DNA of 64,000 bases from an uncultured delta proteobacterium. GTDB taxonomy: Bacteria; Desulfobacterota; Binatia; Binatales; Binataceae. The stretch lies in NCBI GenBank assembly GCA_963711565.1, contig CAVQEQ010000003.1:832001-896000 (forward strand). Direction: 5' to 3'. Shown piece after piece: positions 1 through 11,276 of the stretch. The position numbers and the translations under genes were made by a program. Positions within the stretch are counted from its first letter, which is position 1; the number at the start of each line of letters is the position of its first letter. Below the pieces are notes generated by a model. The model was given only the letters and a program-made list of their open reading frames with translations. It was not told the origin of the DNA and ran no database searches.

Positions 1-929
1 CTGTAGTAATTCGCCGCATTGGTCGATAGCTCGGAACCGAACAAGTCGAGCGATACTGAGTAATGAAAGTTTATATACTTCTGAATAATAACTAGATCGA
101 TGCCGCCATACTCACTTACTACTTCAGTGTTATGCTCTTTCATTAGTTGGCAAGTGCGGCTGATGATGCGGCCGACTCCCGACTCGCCGACGAACAGGTG
201 ATGCGCTTCCTCGGTCAGCATGAAACGGCAGGTGCGCGCCAGCGGATCGAATCCCGATTCGGCCAGGCTCGCGAGCTGATACTTACCGTCGCGGTCCGTG
301 AAATGCGCGAACATGAAGTATGACAGCCAGTCCGGCGTCTTCTCGTTGAACGCGCCGAGGATGCGCGGATTGTCAACGTTACCCGACCTGCGCTGGAGTA
401 GCGCCTCCGCTTCTTCGCGGCCGTCGCGTCCGAAGTAGGCATGCAGCAGATATACCATCGCCCAAAGATGACGCCCTTCCTCGACGTTGACCTGGAAAAG
501 ATTGCGCAAGTCGTAGAGCGAAGGGCACGTCCTGCCGAGATGACGCTGTTGCTCGACCGACGCCGGCTCGGTGTCGCCCTGAGTTACGATCAGCCGGCGC
601 AGGACTCCGCGATGCTCGCCCGGCACCTCGCGCCAGACCGGCTCGCCTTTGTGTTCGCCGAACGGAATCTTACGATCGGGCTCGGGGTCGGCCAGAAAAA
701 TACTCCATCGATAGTCCGGCATCTTGACGTATCCGAAAGTCGCCCAACCCTGCGCGTCCGTCGAAGTCGCCGTGCGCAAATACACATCGCAGCCCTGAAA
801 AGTTTCGGGCCCCATCTCGCTCCACCACTGCAAAAATCCCGGCTGCCACGCCTCGAGCGCTCGCTGCAGGCGGCGGTCGTCGGCGAGATTCACATTGTTG
901 GGAATCCGCTCGGAATAGTTGATCGGCAT
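1..929 (-). CDS. boxB: Benzoyl-CoA 2,3-epoxidase subunit BoxB (5' part; runs off window start)
   Basis: Not in the ORF track. Manual minus-strand translation from ATG 929 gives MPINYSERIPNNVNLADDRRLQRALEAW...EEAHHLFVGESGVGRII...YINFHYSVSLDLFG. Start overlaps the boxC stop (TGATG). Confidence 0.9.
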   Translation of the reverse strand, partial: MPINYSERIPNNVNLADDRRLQRALEAWQPGFLQWWSEMGPETFQGCDVYLRTATSTDAQGWATFGYVKMPDYRWSIFLADPEPDRKIPFGEHKGEPVWREVPGEHRGVLRRLIVTQGDTEPASVEQQRHLGRTCPSLYDLRNLFQVNVEEGRHLWAMVYLLHAYFGRDGREEAEALLQRRSGNVDNPRILGAFNEKTPDWLSYFMFAHFTDRDGKYQLASLAESGFDPLARTCRFMLTEEAHHLFVGESGVGRIISRTCQLMKEHNTEVVSEYGGIDLVIIQKYINFHYSVSLDLFGSELSTNAANYY

Positions 930-2578
930 CAGACTCTCCTCGGATCGAACTCCGGCCGCGCTCCGGTGCCATAGAGTTTCAGCGCCCCTTTTTCGCCGAC
1001 CGCGTTGGGGCGCTGAAAAATCCAGTTCTGCCACGCCGACAGCCGCGCAAATATTTTCGACTCGAGCGTCTCCGGCCCGGCGAAGCGCAACGACGCTTCC
1101 ATCCCGGTCAGCGCGTCCGACGAGAACGCCGCACGTTCCTCGAGAGCGAGCCGGACCTCGTCGTCCCAGTCGATGTCGTCGGGCGTGAACGTGACGAGGC
1201 CCAGTTCATCCGCGAGCGACGCGTCGATCTGCTCTCCGATCCGGCCGCGCAGCTGCTCGACGCGCTCCGGCTCGCCTTGGAATCTGCTTTCCAGCCGCGT
1301 CAAGCCGTTGCACATCGGCATCGCGCCGAAATTCATTTCCGTCAGGCTGACGCTCGCCAGCATAGATTCGTCGCCGTCCCGCAATCCGCGCAGCATGTAC
1401 GCGCGATCCGACGCCAGCGCCAGCTCCAACAGGGTTCCGCAAAAGCATGAGCCCGGCTCGATCAACGCAAAGATCGATCGCGAGCTGACATCGAGCCTCT
1501 TCAACGTACGCTTCAAGTACAGCCGGATTTCTCGTGTTAGCCAGTCATCGGCGTTTGCGGCAAGGAACGCATCGTGCGACTCCGCCAGCGCTGAATCGCC
1601 TCGCGTGCGGAAGATCCACGTTCTGATGGTTTCCTCGTTGAAGCGCAGATGCAGAAGCGCATCTTCGAGCTCACGCGCAATCGCCAACGGCCAGAAGTCC
1701 GCTCCGATCGCGTGAGCCTCCTCGACATCGCGCGGCGCCGGATTCTTCGGACCTTCGACAGTGAACGCCGCGGTGGAGTTGTCGGGATCGATGTCGATCG
1801 TCAAATGCGCATACTTTACGCGTCGATCTTCCACCTCGCGAGAGAGCCTGCCGAGCGATATTCCTCGCGGATGCGCGCCCGCAGGCGAACGCGCCGCAAA
1901 CTCGAGCGCCCTTCGCGACGCCGCCTCGATCAGTTGCGAGCGCGGAACTACCTCATCCACCAACTGCCATTCCTCGGCGCGCTTGCCCCTCACTCCTTCT
2001 TCTGTCGTGCAGAAAAAATCCGCGCGGTCGCGCCTGACGCGCCGCTTATCGACCAGCCTCGTCAGCCCGCCCGTGCCCGGCAGCACGCCGAGCAACGCGA
2101 CCTCCGGTAGCGAAACGCTGGTCGAGCCATCGTCCGCCATCATTATATAGTCGGTCGCCAGCGCGAGTTCGTAACCGCCGCCCGCGCACGCTCCGCCAAT
2201 CGCAGTCATGTAGTACTGATCCGAGTTGAGCGTCGCGTCTTCGATCGCGTTGCGAGTCTCGTTGGTGAATTTGCAGAAATTCACTTTGAACGGATGGCTC
2301 GATAGGCCGAGCATCCTGATGTTCGCGCCCGCGCAGAACACGCGCTCTTTGCCCGACGTGACGATCACGCATTTTATTTCGGGATGCTCGAAGCGGAGCC
2401 GATTCACGGCGTCGTTGAGCTCGATATCGACGCCCAGGTCGTAGGAATTAAGCTTCAGCTCGTAGCCTGGCGCGAGGCCGCCGCTTTCGTCCACGTCCAT
2501 CGCGAGCGTCGCGACCGGGCCGGCGAAGCTCAAGCGCCAATGCCGATACGCGGACCGCTCGGTTCGAAAGTCGATCAT
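929..2578 (-). CDS. boxC: 2,3-epoxybenzoyl-CoA dihydrolase BoxC
   Basis: Double-crotonase protein with YELKLNSYDLGVDIEL, FCKFTNETR and SAWQNWIFQRPNA motifs; adjacent to boxB. Confidence 0.93.
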   Translation of the reverse strand: MIDFRTERSAYRHWRLSFAGPVATLAMDVDESGGLAPGYELKLNSYDLGVDIELNDAVNRLRFEHPEIKCVIVTSGKERVFCAGANIRMLGLSSHPFKVNFCKFTNETRNAIEDATLNSDQYYMTAIGGACAGGGYELALATDYIMMADDGSTSVSLPEVALLGVLPGTGGLTRLVDKRRVRRDRADFFCTTEEGVRGKRAEEWQLVDEVVPRSQLIEAASRRALEFAARSPAGAHPRGISLGRLSREVEDRRVKYAHLTIDIDPDNSTAAFTVEGPKNPAPRDVEEAHAIGADFWPLAIARELEDALLHLRFNEETIRTWIFRTRGDSALAESHDAFLAANADDWLTREIRLYLKRTLKRLDVSSRSIFALIEPGSCFCGTLLELALASDRAYMLRGLRDGDESMLASVSLTEMNFGAMPMCNGLTRLESRFQGEPERVEQLRGRIGEQIDASLADELGLVTFTPDDIDWDDEVRLALEERAAFSSDALTGMEASLRFAGPETLESKIFARLSAWQNWIFQRPNAVGEKGALKLYGTGARPEFDPRRV

Positions 2579-2661
2579 CTCAAGATTCTCCCGCTCGGAA
2601 GAAATGCGCTCTAAGGCAGTATAGACCGTCCGCGACCCTCCGATTCAACGATCGGACCGCG

Positions 2662-4800
<2,139 letters not shown>

Positions 4801-4894
4801 TTTGAAAGTGACACTAATGGCAAGCCGTGACGATAGTGGCAACCGTTGCGATTACCGCCGCCGATCGCGCTACTATCGGGACGGCTTTTTGAAG

Positions 4895-5518
4895 ATGCGA
4901 TTCGTCGATTTCTATTTCGATTTCTCCAGCACCAACAGCTACTTCGCTGCGTTCCTGCTGCCGGAAATTTGCGCCCGCAACGACGCGCGCGTGAACTGGA
5001 TGCCCGCGCATTTCGCCGCGCTGTTCCGCGGCACCAGCTTCAACGTCATGGCGATGACGCCGCGCAAGGCTCGCTACCTGTGGCGCGATCATGCGCGCTA
5101 CGCCGAACGGACCGGCTTGCCGTTCAGGAAGCCCAGCCGCTTTCCAATCAAAACGTCATCGGCGTTGCGCGCGGTTCTGGCCGCCGGCCGTACCTCCGCG
5201 CCCGCCGACAACCACGATTTGCGCGAGAATGCGCAGCGCGCGATCTCACAGGCATTCATGCGCGCATACTGGGAACGCGACGAAGACATCAGCGACCGCG
5301 GCGTGCTCGCATCGATCGCATCGAGCGCCGGCTTCGACGGCGCCACGCTCATGGACATCGCCGATGCGAAACCGGCGCGCGACGAGCTTGCAGCTCTGAC
5401 CGAAACCGCAGTGGTGCGGGGAGTCTTCGGCGCGCCTACGTTCTTCGTCGGCGACGAAATGTTCTGGGGCAAGGACCGCCTCGACTTCGTCGAACAATGG
5501 CTGAAGCGTCCAGAATAA
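4895..5518 (+). CDS. 2-hydroxychromene-2-carboxylate isomerase / kappa-GST (DsbA family)
   Basis: MRFVDFYFDFSSTNSY...GVFGAPTFFVGDEMFWGKDRLDF. Start moved to ATG 4895. Confidence 0.85.
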   Translation: MRFVDFYFDFSSTNSYFAAFLLPEICARNDARVNWMPAHFAALFRGTSFNVMAMTPRKARYLWRDHARYAERTGLPFRKPSRFPIKTSSALRAVLAAGRTSAPADNHDLRENAQRAISQAFMRAYWERDEDISDRGVLASIASSAGFDGATLMDIADAKPARDELAALTETAVVRGVFGAPTFFVGDEMFWGKDRLDFVEQWLKRPE

Positions 5519-6022
5519 TCGCCTTCATCTCCGGCAAGCGCCTGTTTTTCCGGCTGTTCTTTGTAAAATTTTCAAGGAACACTCCATGGTGTTGACACAC
5601 CAAAACGGGCAGCAAAGCCATCCTACAGTTCGTAGCTAAAGGCTTGACACATTGTAGGCAACGCTAAACAATACAGCCCATGTCAGCGTCGGGGATGGCA
5701 ATTTTGCGCAACCAGACCCAACAGGCCACGACACGAAGTGGCCCGTCGCAATGAGCGCGATTTGGACTTCAGCCCGACGGAGAGAATTGCATGATTTCGA
5801 TGGCGCCGGATTGGACCCCGGCCACATCGAGGTACGCGTCGCTGTCGCCTCAGATGCGTACTGATCGCGACGCGACCAGCCGGGACTTTGGGAGTATTTC
5901 CGGCTGGTTGCCCGTCGTGTCGACGGTTCAGAAATGCTCCGGGAGCGTTGCAGAAACGCGCACGGCGAAGCCTTCTATACTATTGATAGTATGCCACCTA
6001 ATTGCGCTATCTACAGGTAGTA

Positions 6023-6038
6023 TGGCATACGGTTTGCT
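6023..6038 (+). promoter_or_regulatory. Putative sigma54 -24/-12 promoter
   Basis: TGGCATACGGTTTGCT has the GG-N10-GC spacing with TGGCA and TTGCT, about 100 nt upstream of the CDS at 6142. Confidence 0.6.
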
Positions 6039-6141
6039 GATTTGGCCCAACGTAGATGAGTATTGAAAAGCATCGCGAATCACTCAATATAAGGCACCGG
6101 TCCTGGCAGCCAATCTGGCATTTCGCTTCAGTAATCGCCTT

Positions 6142-7080
6142 ATGAGTGCATCGCTCACCTCATCGCCGACGATGGCGAAGCGAATCGCGCCGCGCGAACC
6201 CGAGGCGCTGGTAACTCGCGAAGTCGATCAGCTCGTTTCCAAGCTGCTCGGCGAAATCAAAGTCCCATTCGGCTCGCTCGGGACCCGAGTCCTTAATCAG
6301 CTGTCCGACCTCAAACGGATTCTCTCCACCGACTATATGGAGGTACCCGCGCTCCCGTCCAAGCCTCTGCTGCGGGAGTTGGAGCAGATAGTCGAGAATG
6401 ACATCAAGCAGCACATGCCCGCGCTCCCGTCCAAGCCTTTGCTCAGGGAGTTGGAGCAAATAATCGATAACGACCTCAAGCCGCGCACGCCGGCATATGG
6501 AAACTTCGGGAGTCTCGGCAGCCCCCAATTGCTGTGTCATCTGGGCAAAATATTCGGACCGCGCGAACTCGAGCTGCGTGCCGAGCCTTATCGCACCGGC
6601 GCCGGTCTCTCGCTGCGGGGATTTTACTGCCGCGCCAACGTCGGCGAGAAAAGCAAATTCGTGATCTTCGTCAACACCGCCCATCATCCCGGCGCCGTGG
6701 CAGCGACACTCGGCCATGAACTCGGTCATTACATCTACGGCTCGTTGGTTGGTGAAAAGGCATCTCACACCGCTTTCATGGAAGGCGCATTCGCGAATCA
6801 TCTGGTCGAAGAAGATGAACTCTTCGCCGACAGTCTGGTCGCGCTATCGGCCTACAGCCCGGAATTGATCAAAAAGATCGGCGGCGTCACGCATCTCAAG
6901 CCGGGTTCTGCGGACATGCTTTTCAGCAGCATCAAGGACGCCTACGGCATGATCGGCAAGAGTTACGATCTCGATCTCGCCAAGGGCAAGATGGAAGCGG
7001 CGTGGCGCGTCCGCTACCTCACCTCGATGGCGCACTTCTTCAAGCTGCGCTGCGCGCTCTACAAGTCCGCCGGCATCTGA
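6142..7080 (+). CDS. ImmA/IrrE-like HExxH metallopeptidase with N-terminal 24-aa tandem repeat
   Basis: IFVN...TLGHELGHYI...EDELFAD; PALPSKPLLRELEQI occurs twice. Start at 6142 or 6172. Confidence 0.6.
   Translation: MSASLTSSPTMAKRIAPREPEALVTREVDQLVSKLLGEIKVPFGSLGTRVLNQLSDLKRILSTDYMEVPALPSKPLLRELEQIVENDIKQHMPALPSKPLLRELEQIIDNDLKPRTPAYGNFGSLGSPQLLCHLGKIFGPRELELRAEPYRTGAGLSLRGFYCRANVGEKSKFVIFVNTAHHPGAVAATLGHELGHYIYGSLVGEKASHTAFMEGAFANHLVEEDELFADSLVALSAYSPELIKKIGGVTHLKPGSADMLFSSIKDAYGMIGKSYDLDLAKGKMEAAWRVRYLTSMAHFFKLRCALYKSAGI
6346..6483 (+). repeat. 72-bp in-frame tandem duplication
   Basis: cccgcgctcccgtccaagcct... at 6346 and 6418, with several substitutions between the copies. Confidence 0.9.
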
Positions 7081-7123
7081 ATTTCAACGAAGAGGGACAA
7101 AACGGCCTCCCGTCAACGGGCGC

Positions 7124-7199
7124 GTGGCATAGGCTTCAGCCTGTGATTATTTCCTGGATTTGCATGAACCGGAAAATCACAGGCTAAAGCCTGTGCCAC
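7124..7199. repeat. REP-like inverted doublet
   Basis: GTGGCATAGGCTTCAGCCTGTGATT ... AATCACAGGCTAAAGCCTGTGCCAC. Confidence 0.75.
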
Positions 7200-7208
7200 C
7201 AAAATCAG

Positions 7209-7306
7209 GAACCTGAGAGCAAAATGGCATCCTCGCCATTTTGCGATTGGTTACTGGGTGCAGGGGTCACCCCTGCCCCGGAAGCCTGAAACCACGGTGG
7301 TTTCAG
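7209..7306 (+). repeat. Tri-hairpin dispersed element, copy 1
   Basis: Core GGGTGCAGGGGTCACCCCTGCC with a hairpin on each side. Confidence 0.85.
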
Positions 7307-7356
7307 TAAAATTAAGTGGATTCATTCTCCGGCGCGAGCGCGCCGGAGAATGTTCC

Positions 7357-8517
7357 CTAGAACGCCGCGAACATCGCGTTGAACAGTGCGCCCGCGCGCC
7401 CGTCGATCAGCGCATCCGAGCCCATCTGATTCATCGTATAGCCGAAGCCCACGCGCGCATCCGGATCGGCAAATCCGATCGAGCCGCCCGCCCCCGGATG
7501 CCCAAACGTGCGCGGATTCGGACCAATCGGCGCCACCGCCTGATTGAGCGCAAATCCCAGTCCCCATCGCGACTCGACGCCCAGGACAAGATCGGGTCCG
7601 CTGCACTGCTCCGTATGCGCGCGCTTGATACTCGCCGGCGTCAGCACGCGATAACCGTTCAGCTCGCCGCCGATTGCGAGCGCGCCATACAGGATCGCAA
7701 GCGCGCGCGCCGTCGCATGTCCGTTGGCGGCGGGAACCTCCGCGCCGCGCCACGCGCGGCTGTTTGTTAGCGCCGGATCGACGACTGGCCGCGGATTCGC
7801 TATCGCCTTGTACGTCATCGATTCCGGATCGACGCTCATCGTGGCGAGTTGATCCGGCTTGTCCGGCGGAGTCGGCGGCGCTCCGATTGTTTCCGCGATT
7901 CGCGAATCGAAACTGGCATCGACACCGATATGCATATCGAGCTTGAGCGGCCCTGCGATTTCCTCGCGCAGATAAGTGCCCGGCGTCTTGCCCGTGATCC
8001 GCCGAATCACCTCGCCGACCAGGTAGCCGAACGTGATCGCATGATAGCCGTGCTTGGTCCCCGGCTCCCACCAAGGCTCCTGCGCCGCAAGCGCCGCGCA
8101 CATCACGGGCCAGTTCGTGTATGCGTCCATCGGCAACTGCTTTCTGACAGCCGGCAGACCCGCGCGATGACTCAGCAGAAAATTTACCGGAATCTTTTCC
8201 TTCCCCGCCTGCGCAAACTCGGGCCAATACTTGGAGACAGGCGCATCAAGGTCTAGCTTCCCCTGATCGACCAGCCGATGCGCACACGTCGAGGTTATCC
8301 CCTTAGTCGTTGACCAAACATTGACGAGCGTATCGCGAGTCCATGGCTTGGTCTTGGCCTTGTCAGCGAACCCGCCCCAAAGATCAAAGATCGGTTTCCC
8401 ATCGACAACAGCAGCAATCGCCGCCCCAACCTCGCTCCCATTCTCAAAGCTCTCGGCAAAAATCTCGCGCACGCGTTTGAACCGCGCCTCGCACATCCCT
8501 TCAATCTTCACTGCCAT
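7357..8517 (-). CDS. Serine hydrolase, beta-lactamase/EstA family (paralog 1)
   Basis: SxxK (WSTTKG), LLSHRAGL, GYHAITFG and FGHPGAGGS motifs; SD AGGAG before ATG 8517. Confidence 0.9.
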   Translation of the reverse strand: MAVKIEGMCEARFKRVREIFAESFENGSEVGAAIAAVVDGKPIFDLWGGFADKAKTKPWTRDTLVNVWSTTKGITSTCAHRLVDQGKLDLDAPVSKYWPEFAQAGKEKIPVNFLLSHRAGLPAVRKQLPMDAYTNWPVMCAALAAQEPWWEPGTKHGYHAITFGYLVGEVIRRITGKTPGTYLREEIAGPLKLDMHIGVDASFDSRIAETIGAPPTPPDKPDQLATMSVDPESMTYKAIANPRPVVDPALTNSRAWRGAEVPAANGHATARALAILYGALAIGGELNGYRVLTPASIKRAHTEQCSGPDLVLGVESRWGLGFALNQAVAPIGPNPRTFGHPGAGGSIGFADPDARVGFGYTMNQMGSDALIDGRAGALFNAMFAAF

Positions 8518-8719
8518 ACGCCATCTCCTCGTCGACCGAACCACCAGATACCACGCATTCTCAGTCCTACCAAACTGAGCAAGATCGCCTCAGTTTCGAC
8601 GACCATCCGGGAACTGAACCCGTATATGTTTAGCCATTCCCACCCGGACCGCCGATACACCACCCCGTAGCCCGATGCAGCGCGACGAAGGAGCGCGGCG
8701 ACGCAGCACCATAAAAAAT

Positions 8720-8804
8720 CACTGGGTGCAGGGGTCACCCCTGCCGAAGGAACTGTGAAACCCACTGCGGGTTTCGCATTCAATAATGTGATTTACCCTT
8801 CCCT
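8720..8804 (+). repeat. Tri-hairpin dispersed element, copy 2 (no recognisable first hairpin)
   Basis: Core + GTGAAACCCACTGCGGGTTTCGC + tail TGATTTACCCTTCCCT abutting the stop codon of the CDS at 8804. Confidence 0.9.
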
Positions 8805-9964
8805 TACATCGACGCGTACACCGCTTCGATCAGCGCGGTGGCGCGCGAATCGATCAGCAAGCCCGACTGCATCTTGTTCATCGTGTAGCCGAATCCAATC
8901 TTCGCCTCGGGATCGGCGTATCCGAGCGAGCCGCCCGCGCCCGGATGCCCGAACGATTGCGGATTTGGGCCGAGCGACGCGCCCGGTTGCGACATCATGT
9001 AGCCCTGCGAGAAGCGCGTGTTGATTATCAGCAACGCGTCGGGACCGTTCGATTGTTCGATCGAGCACTTCGCGACCTCGTCCTTCGACATCACGCGCAC
9101 GCCGTTCAATTCGCCGCCGCGCGCGAGCGCGCCGTACAACTGCGCCAGCGAGCGCGCGGTGCCGTGCCCGTTCGCCGCGGGAATCTCGGCCGCGCGCCAC
9201 TCGCGCGTGTTGACCATTCCAGGCCTCATCCCGCCCGGCGGATTCATGAACGCCTTGGCGACCATCGATTCCGGATCCTTCATCACCTCGGCGAAAAGGT
9301 TCGGCTCACCCGGCGCCGGCGGCGGCGCGGCGATCATGTTCGCAGTCCGCGCATCGTGCTTCGCGTCGAGCCCGATATGAAAATCCGCACCGAGCGGCCC
9401 GGCGATCTCGTCGCGCAAATACGCGCCCGGCGTCTTGCCCGAGATACGCCGAATCACCTCGCCGACCAGCCATCCGAAAGTCAGCGCATGGTAACCGTGC
9501 CTGGTGCCCGGCTCCCACCACGGCTCCTGCTCCGCGAGCGCGGTGGTCATCGTGGTCCAGTTGAAGAGCGCGTCGTCGGCGAGGGGCTTGCGCACGGCGG
9601 GAAGACCCGCGCGATGGCTGAGCAGAAACCGCACCGGGATCTTATCCTTGCCCGCCTGCGCGAACTCGGGCCAGTACTTCGCCACCGGCGCGTCGATGTC
9701 TAGCAGGCCCTTGTCCACCAGCCGATGCGCGCAGATCGCGGTGACGCCCTTGGTCGTCGAATACACGTTGACGAGCGTGTCGCGTGTCCACGGTTTGGTC
9801 TTCGCCTTGTCGGCGTGTCCCGCCCAAATGTCCACAACGCTCTTGCCGTCGAGCATGACCGCTGCGGCGGCGCCAACCTCGCTGCGCTTTTCGAAATTCT
9901 CGGCAAACGCGTCCTTGACGCGATTGAACTTGGGATCGCAAGTGCCTTCGATTTTCACCGCCAT
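8804..9964 (-). CDS. Serine hydrolase, beta-lactamase/EstA family (paralog 2)
   Basis: YSTTKG, LLSHRAGL, FGHPGAGGS; collinear with and highly similar to paralog 1. Confidence 0.9.
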   Translation of the reverse strand: MAVKIEGTCDPKFNRVKDAFAENFEKRSEVGAAAAVMLDGKSVVDIWAGHADKAKTKPWTRDTLVNVYSTTKGVTAICAHRLVDKGLLDIDAPVAKYWPEFAQAGKDKIPVRFLLSHRAGLPAVRKPLADDALFNWTTMTTALAEQEPWWEPGTRHGYHALTFGWLVGEVIRRISGKTPGAYLRDEIAGPLGADFHIGLDAKHDARTANMIAAPPPAPGEPNLFAEVMKDPESMVAKAFMNPPGGMRPGMVNTREWRAAEIPAANGHGTARSLAQLYGALARGGELNGVRVMSKDEVAKCSIEQSNGPDALLIINTRFSQGYMMSQPGASLGPNPQSFGHPGAGGSLGYADPEAKIGFGYTMNKMQSGLLIDSRATALIEAVYASM

Positions 9965-10028
9965 GATCAGTCTCCTTGGCGCTCGTCATATCACGGAAAT
10001 GAAATCGGACCCAAAAAGGCGGGTTGTC

Positions 10029-11009
10029 TTACGCGATCGCGCCGCCGCAGCTCGAGCCCGCGCCTGCGGTGCATCCGAAGCAGTGCGAGCCGGTCGCGAT
10101 GCGCGTGCCGGCGATCGCGCCGACATCTTCGATGTCCCAGATTGTGGCGGCACCGGCACCAAGCGGAATTTCCAGCATCTGGTTGAAGTCGCAGTCGTAG
10201 AGCCGCCCGTCCCATCCGACGCTCACCAGGTCGCGGCACATCAGCGCATCGACGGTCGCGGGATTGAAGTGATTCACGAGCAGGCTCATGTACGCCGAAT
10301 GACTGCCCGTGCCGTTCAACTGGTTGGCGAAGCGGGCGATCGGCATATTCGTGATTGTGAGCAGGCGATCGAAGACGATTCCGAAGTTGCGCGCGAGCTC
10401 GTCGCGATACTGTGCTTCAAGCTCGACCTGCGGCGGGGGCAGCGACGCGCCGATCGGGTTGTACACGAGGTCCAGCCGCAGCTCGCCGCGCCCGAATCCG
10501 GCGGCATTCAGATTCTTCAGCGCTGCGATGCTCTTATCAAACACGCCCGTCCCGCGCTGACGATCCGTATTCTCGGCCGTATAGCACGGGAGCGAACAAA
10601 CCAATTCGACCCCCGCGCGCCGGTAGAAGTCGATGAGCCATTCCATGCCGGGTTCCAGGGTCACCGTCAGGTTGCATCGCACGATCACCTTGCGGCCGAG
10701 CGCTCGCGCCCGCTTGACGATCATCGCGAAGTTCTCGTTCAGCTCCGGCGCGCCACCGGTGACATCGAGGGTCTCGACGCCGCCGCTCGCCGCGAGCAGA
10801 TCGATCACCCGTTCCGCCGTCGCGCACGTCATCCGCTCTGTCCGCCGCGGGCCCGCATCGACGTGACAGTGATGGCACGCCTGGTTGCACAGCTTGCCGA
10901 CGTTTACCTGGATGGTCGCGGGCGATTTGCGGATGAGCGCGCGAATCCCGTGGCGTGCGAGCGTCGCGCCGAAATGTGGATTCGAGTGTGACTCGGGTGT
11001 CGCCGCCAT
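10029..11009 (-). CDS. arsS: ArsS-like radical SAM protein (DUF3641)
   Basis: QVNVGKLCNQACHHCHVDAGP (CxxxCxxC), YDCDFNQML, C-terminal HCFGCTAGAGSSCGGA. Confidence 0.85.
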   Translation of the reverse strand: MAATPESHSNPHFGATLARHGIRALIRKSPATIQVNVGKLCNQACHHCHVDAGPRRTERMTCATAERVIDLLAASGGVETLDVTGGAPELNENFAMIVKRARALGRKVIVRCNLTVTLEPGMEWLIDFYRRAGVELVCSLPCYTAENTDRQRGTGVFDKSIAALKNLNAAGFGRGELRLDLVYNPIGASLPPPQVELEAQYRDELARNFGIVFDRLLTITNMPIARFANQLNGTGSHSAYMSLLVNHFNPATVDALMCRDLVSVGWDGRLYDCDFNQMLEIPLGAGAATIWDIEDVGAIAGTRIATGSHCFGCTAGAGSSCGGAIA

Positions 11010-11071
11010 CGCGCCATCCTACCACGAGCAATGCTGTCGGTCAGGCGCAAAACTGGCGGTTCATTCTCCTG

Positions 11072-11111
11072 AAAAAAGAAAAAGCAGGAGGCCCGGGGAA
11101 AGGCCTCCTGC
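11072..11111 (-). terminator. Rho-independent terminator
   Basis: 10-bp stem GCAGGAGGCC/GGCCTCCTGC followed on the minus strand by TTTTTCTTTTTT. Confidence 0.85.
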
Positions 11112-11175
11112 GCTACGGGGGAATAACCGGTCGCGACGGTTCTAGTGGTCTCGGTTGTACACTTCCGAGCGTCTG
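11072..11175 (-). ncRNA. Candidate sRNA or attenuator leader
   Basis: Two small hairpins, a C-rich linker and a strong terminator with no upstream CDS on this strand; TTGAAA -35-like site at 11205-11210. Confidence 0.4.
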
Positions 11176-11276
11176 CTACTTAGTACGATACAGAGCATAT
11201 CCGGTTTCAATCCGTCCCTGTGCGAGCTCACCAAATCCGGTTTATTTGTGAGCGGCTCTGGGTTAAACAAGCGTTG

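Noticed and set aside
1-180. AT-richer stretch at the window start
   Set aside because: It still translates as BoxB in frame; more likely a low-quality contig end or drift than a foreign insert.
5680-6066. Short ORFs in the intergenic region before the peptidase
   Set aside because: No clear SD, atypical codons, and one overlaps the sigma54-like site.
10029-10060. Possible selenocysteine in the ArsS C-terminus
   Set aside because: The codon is TGC (Cys), not TGA.
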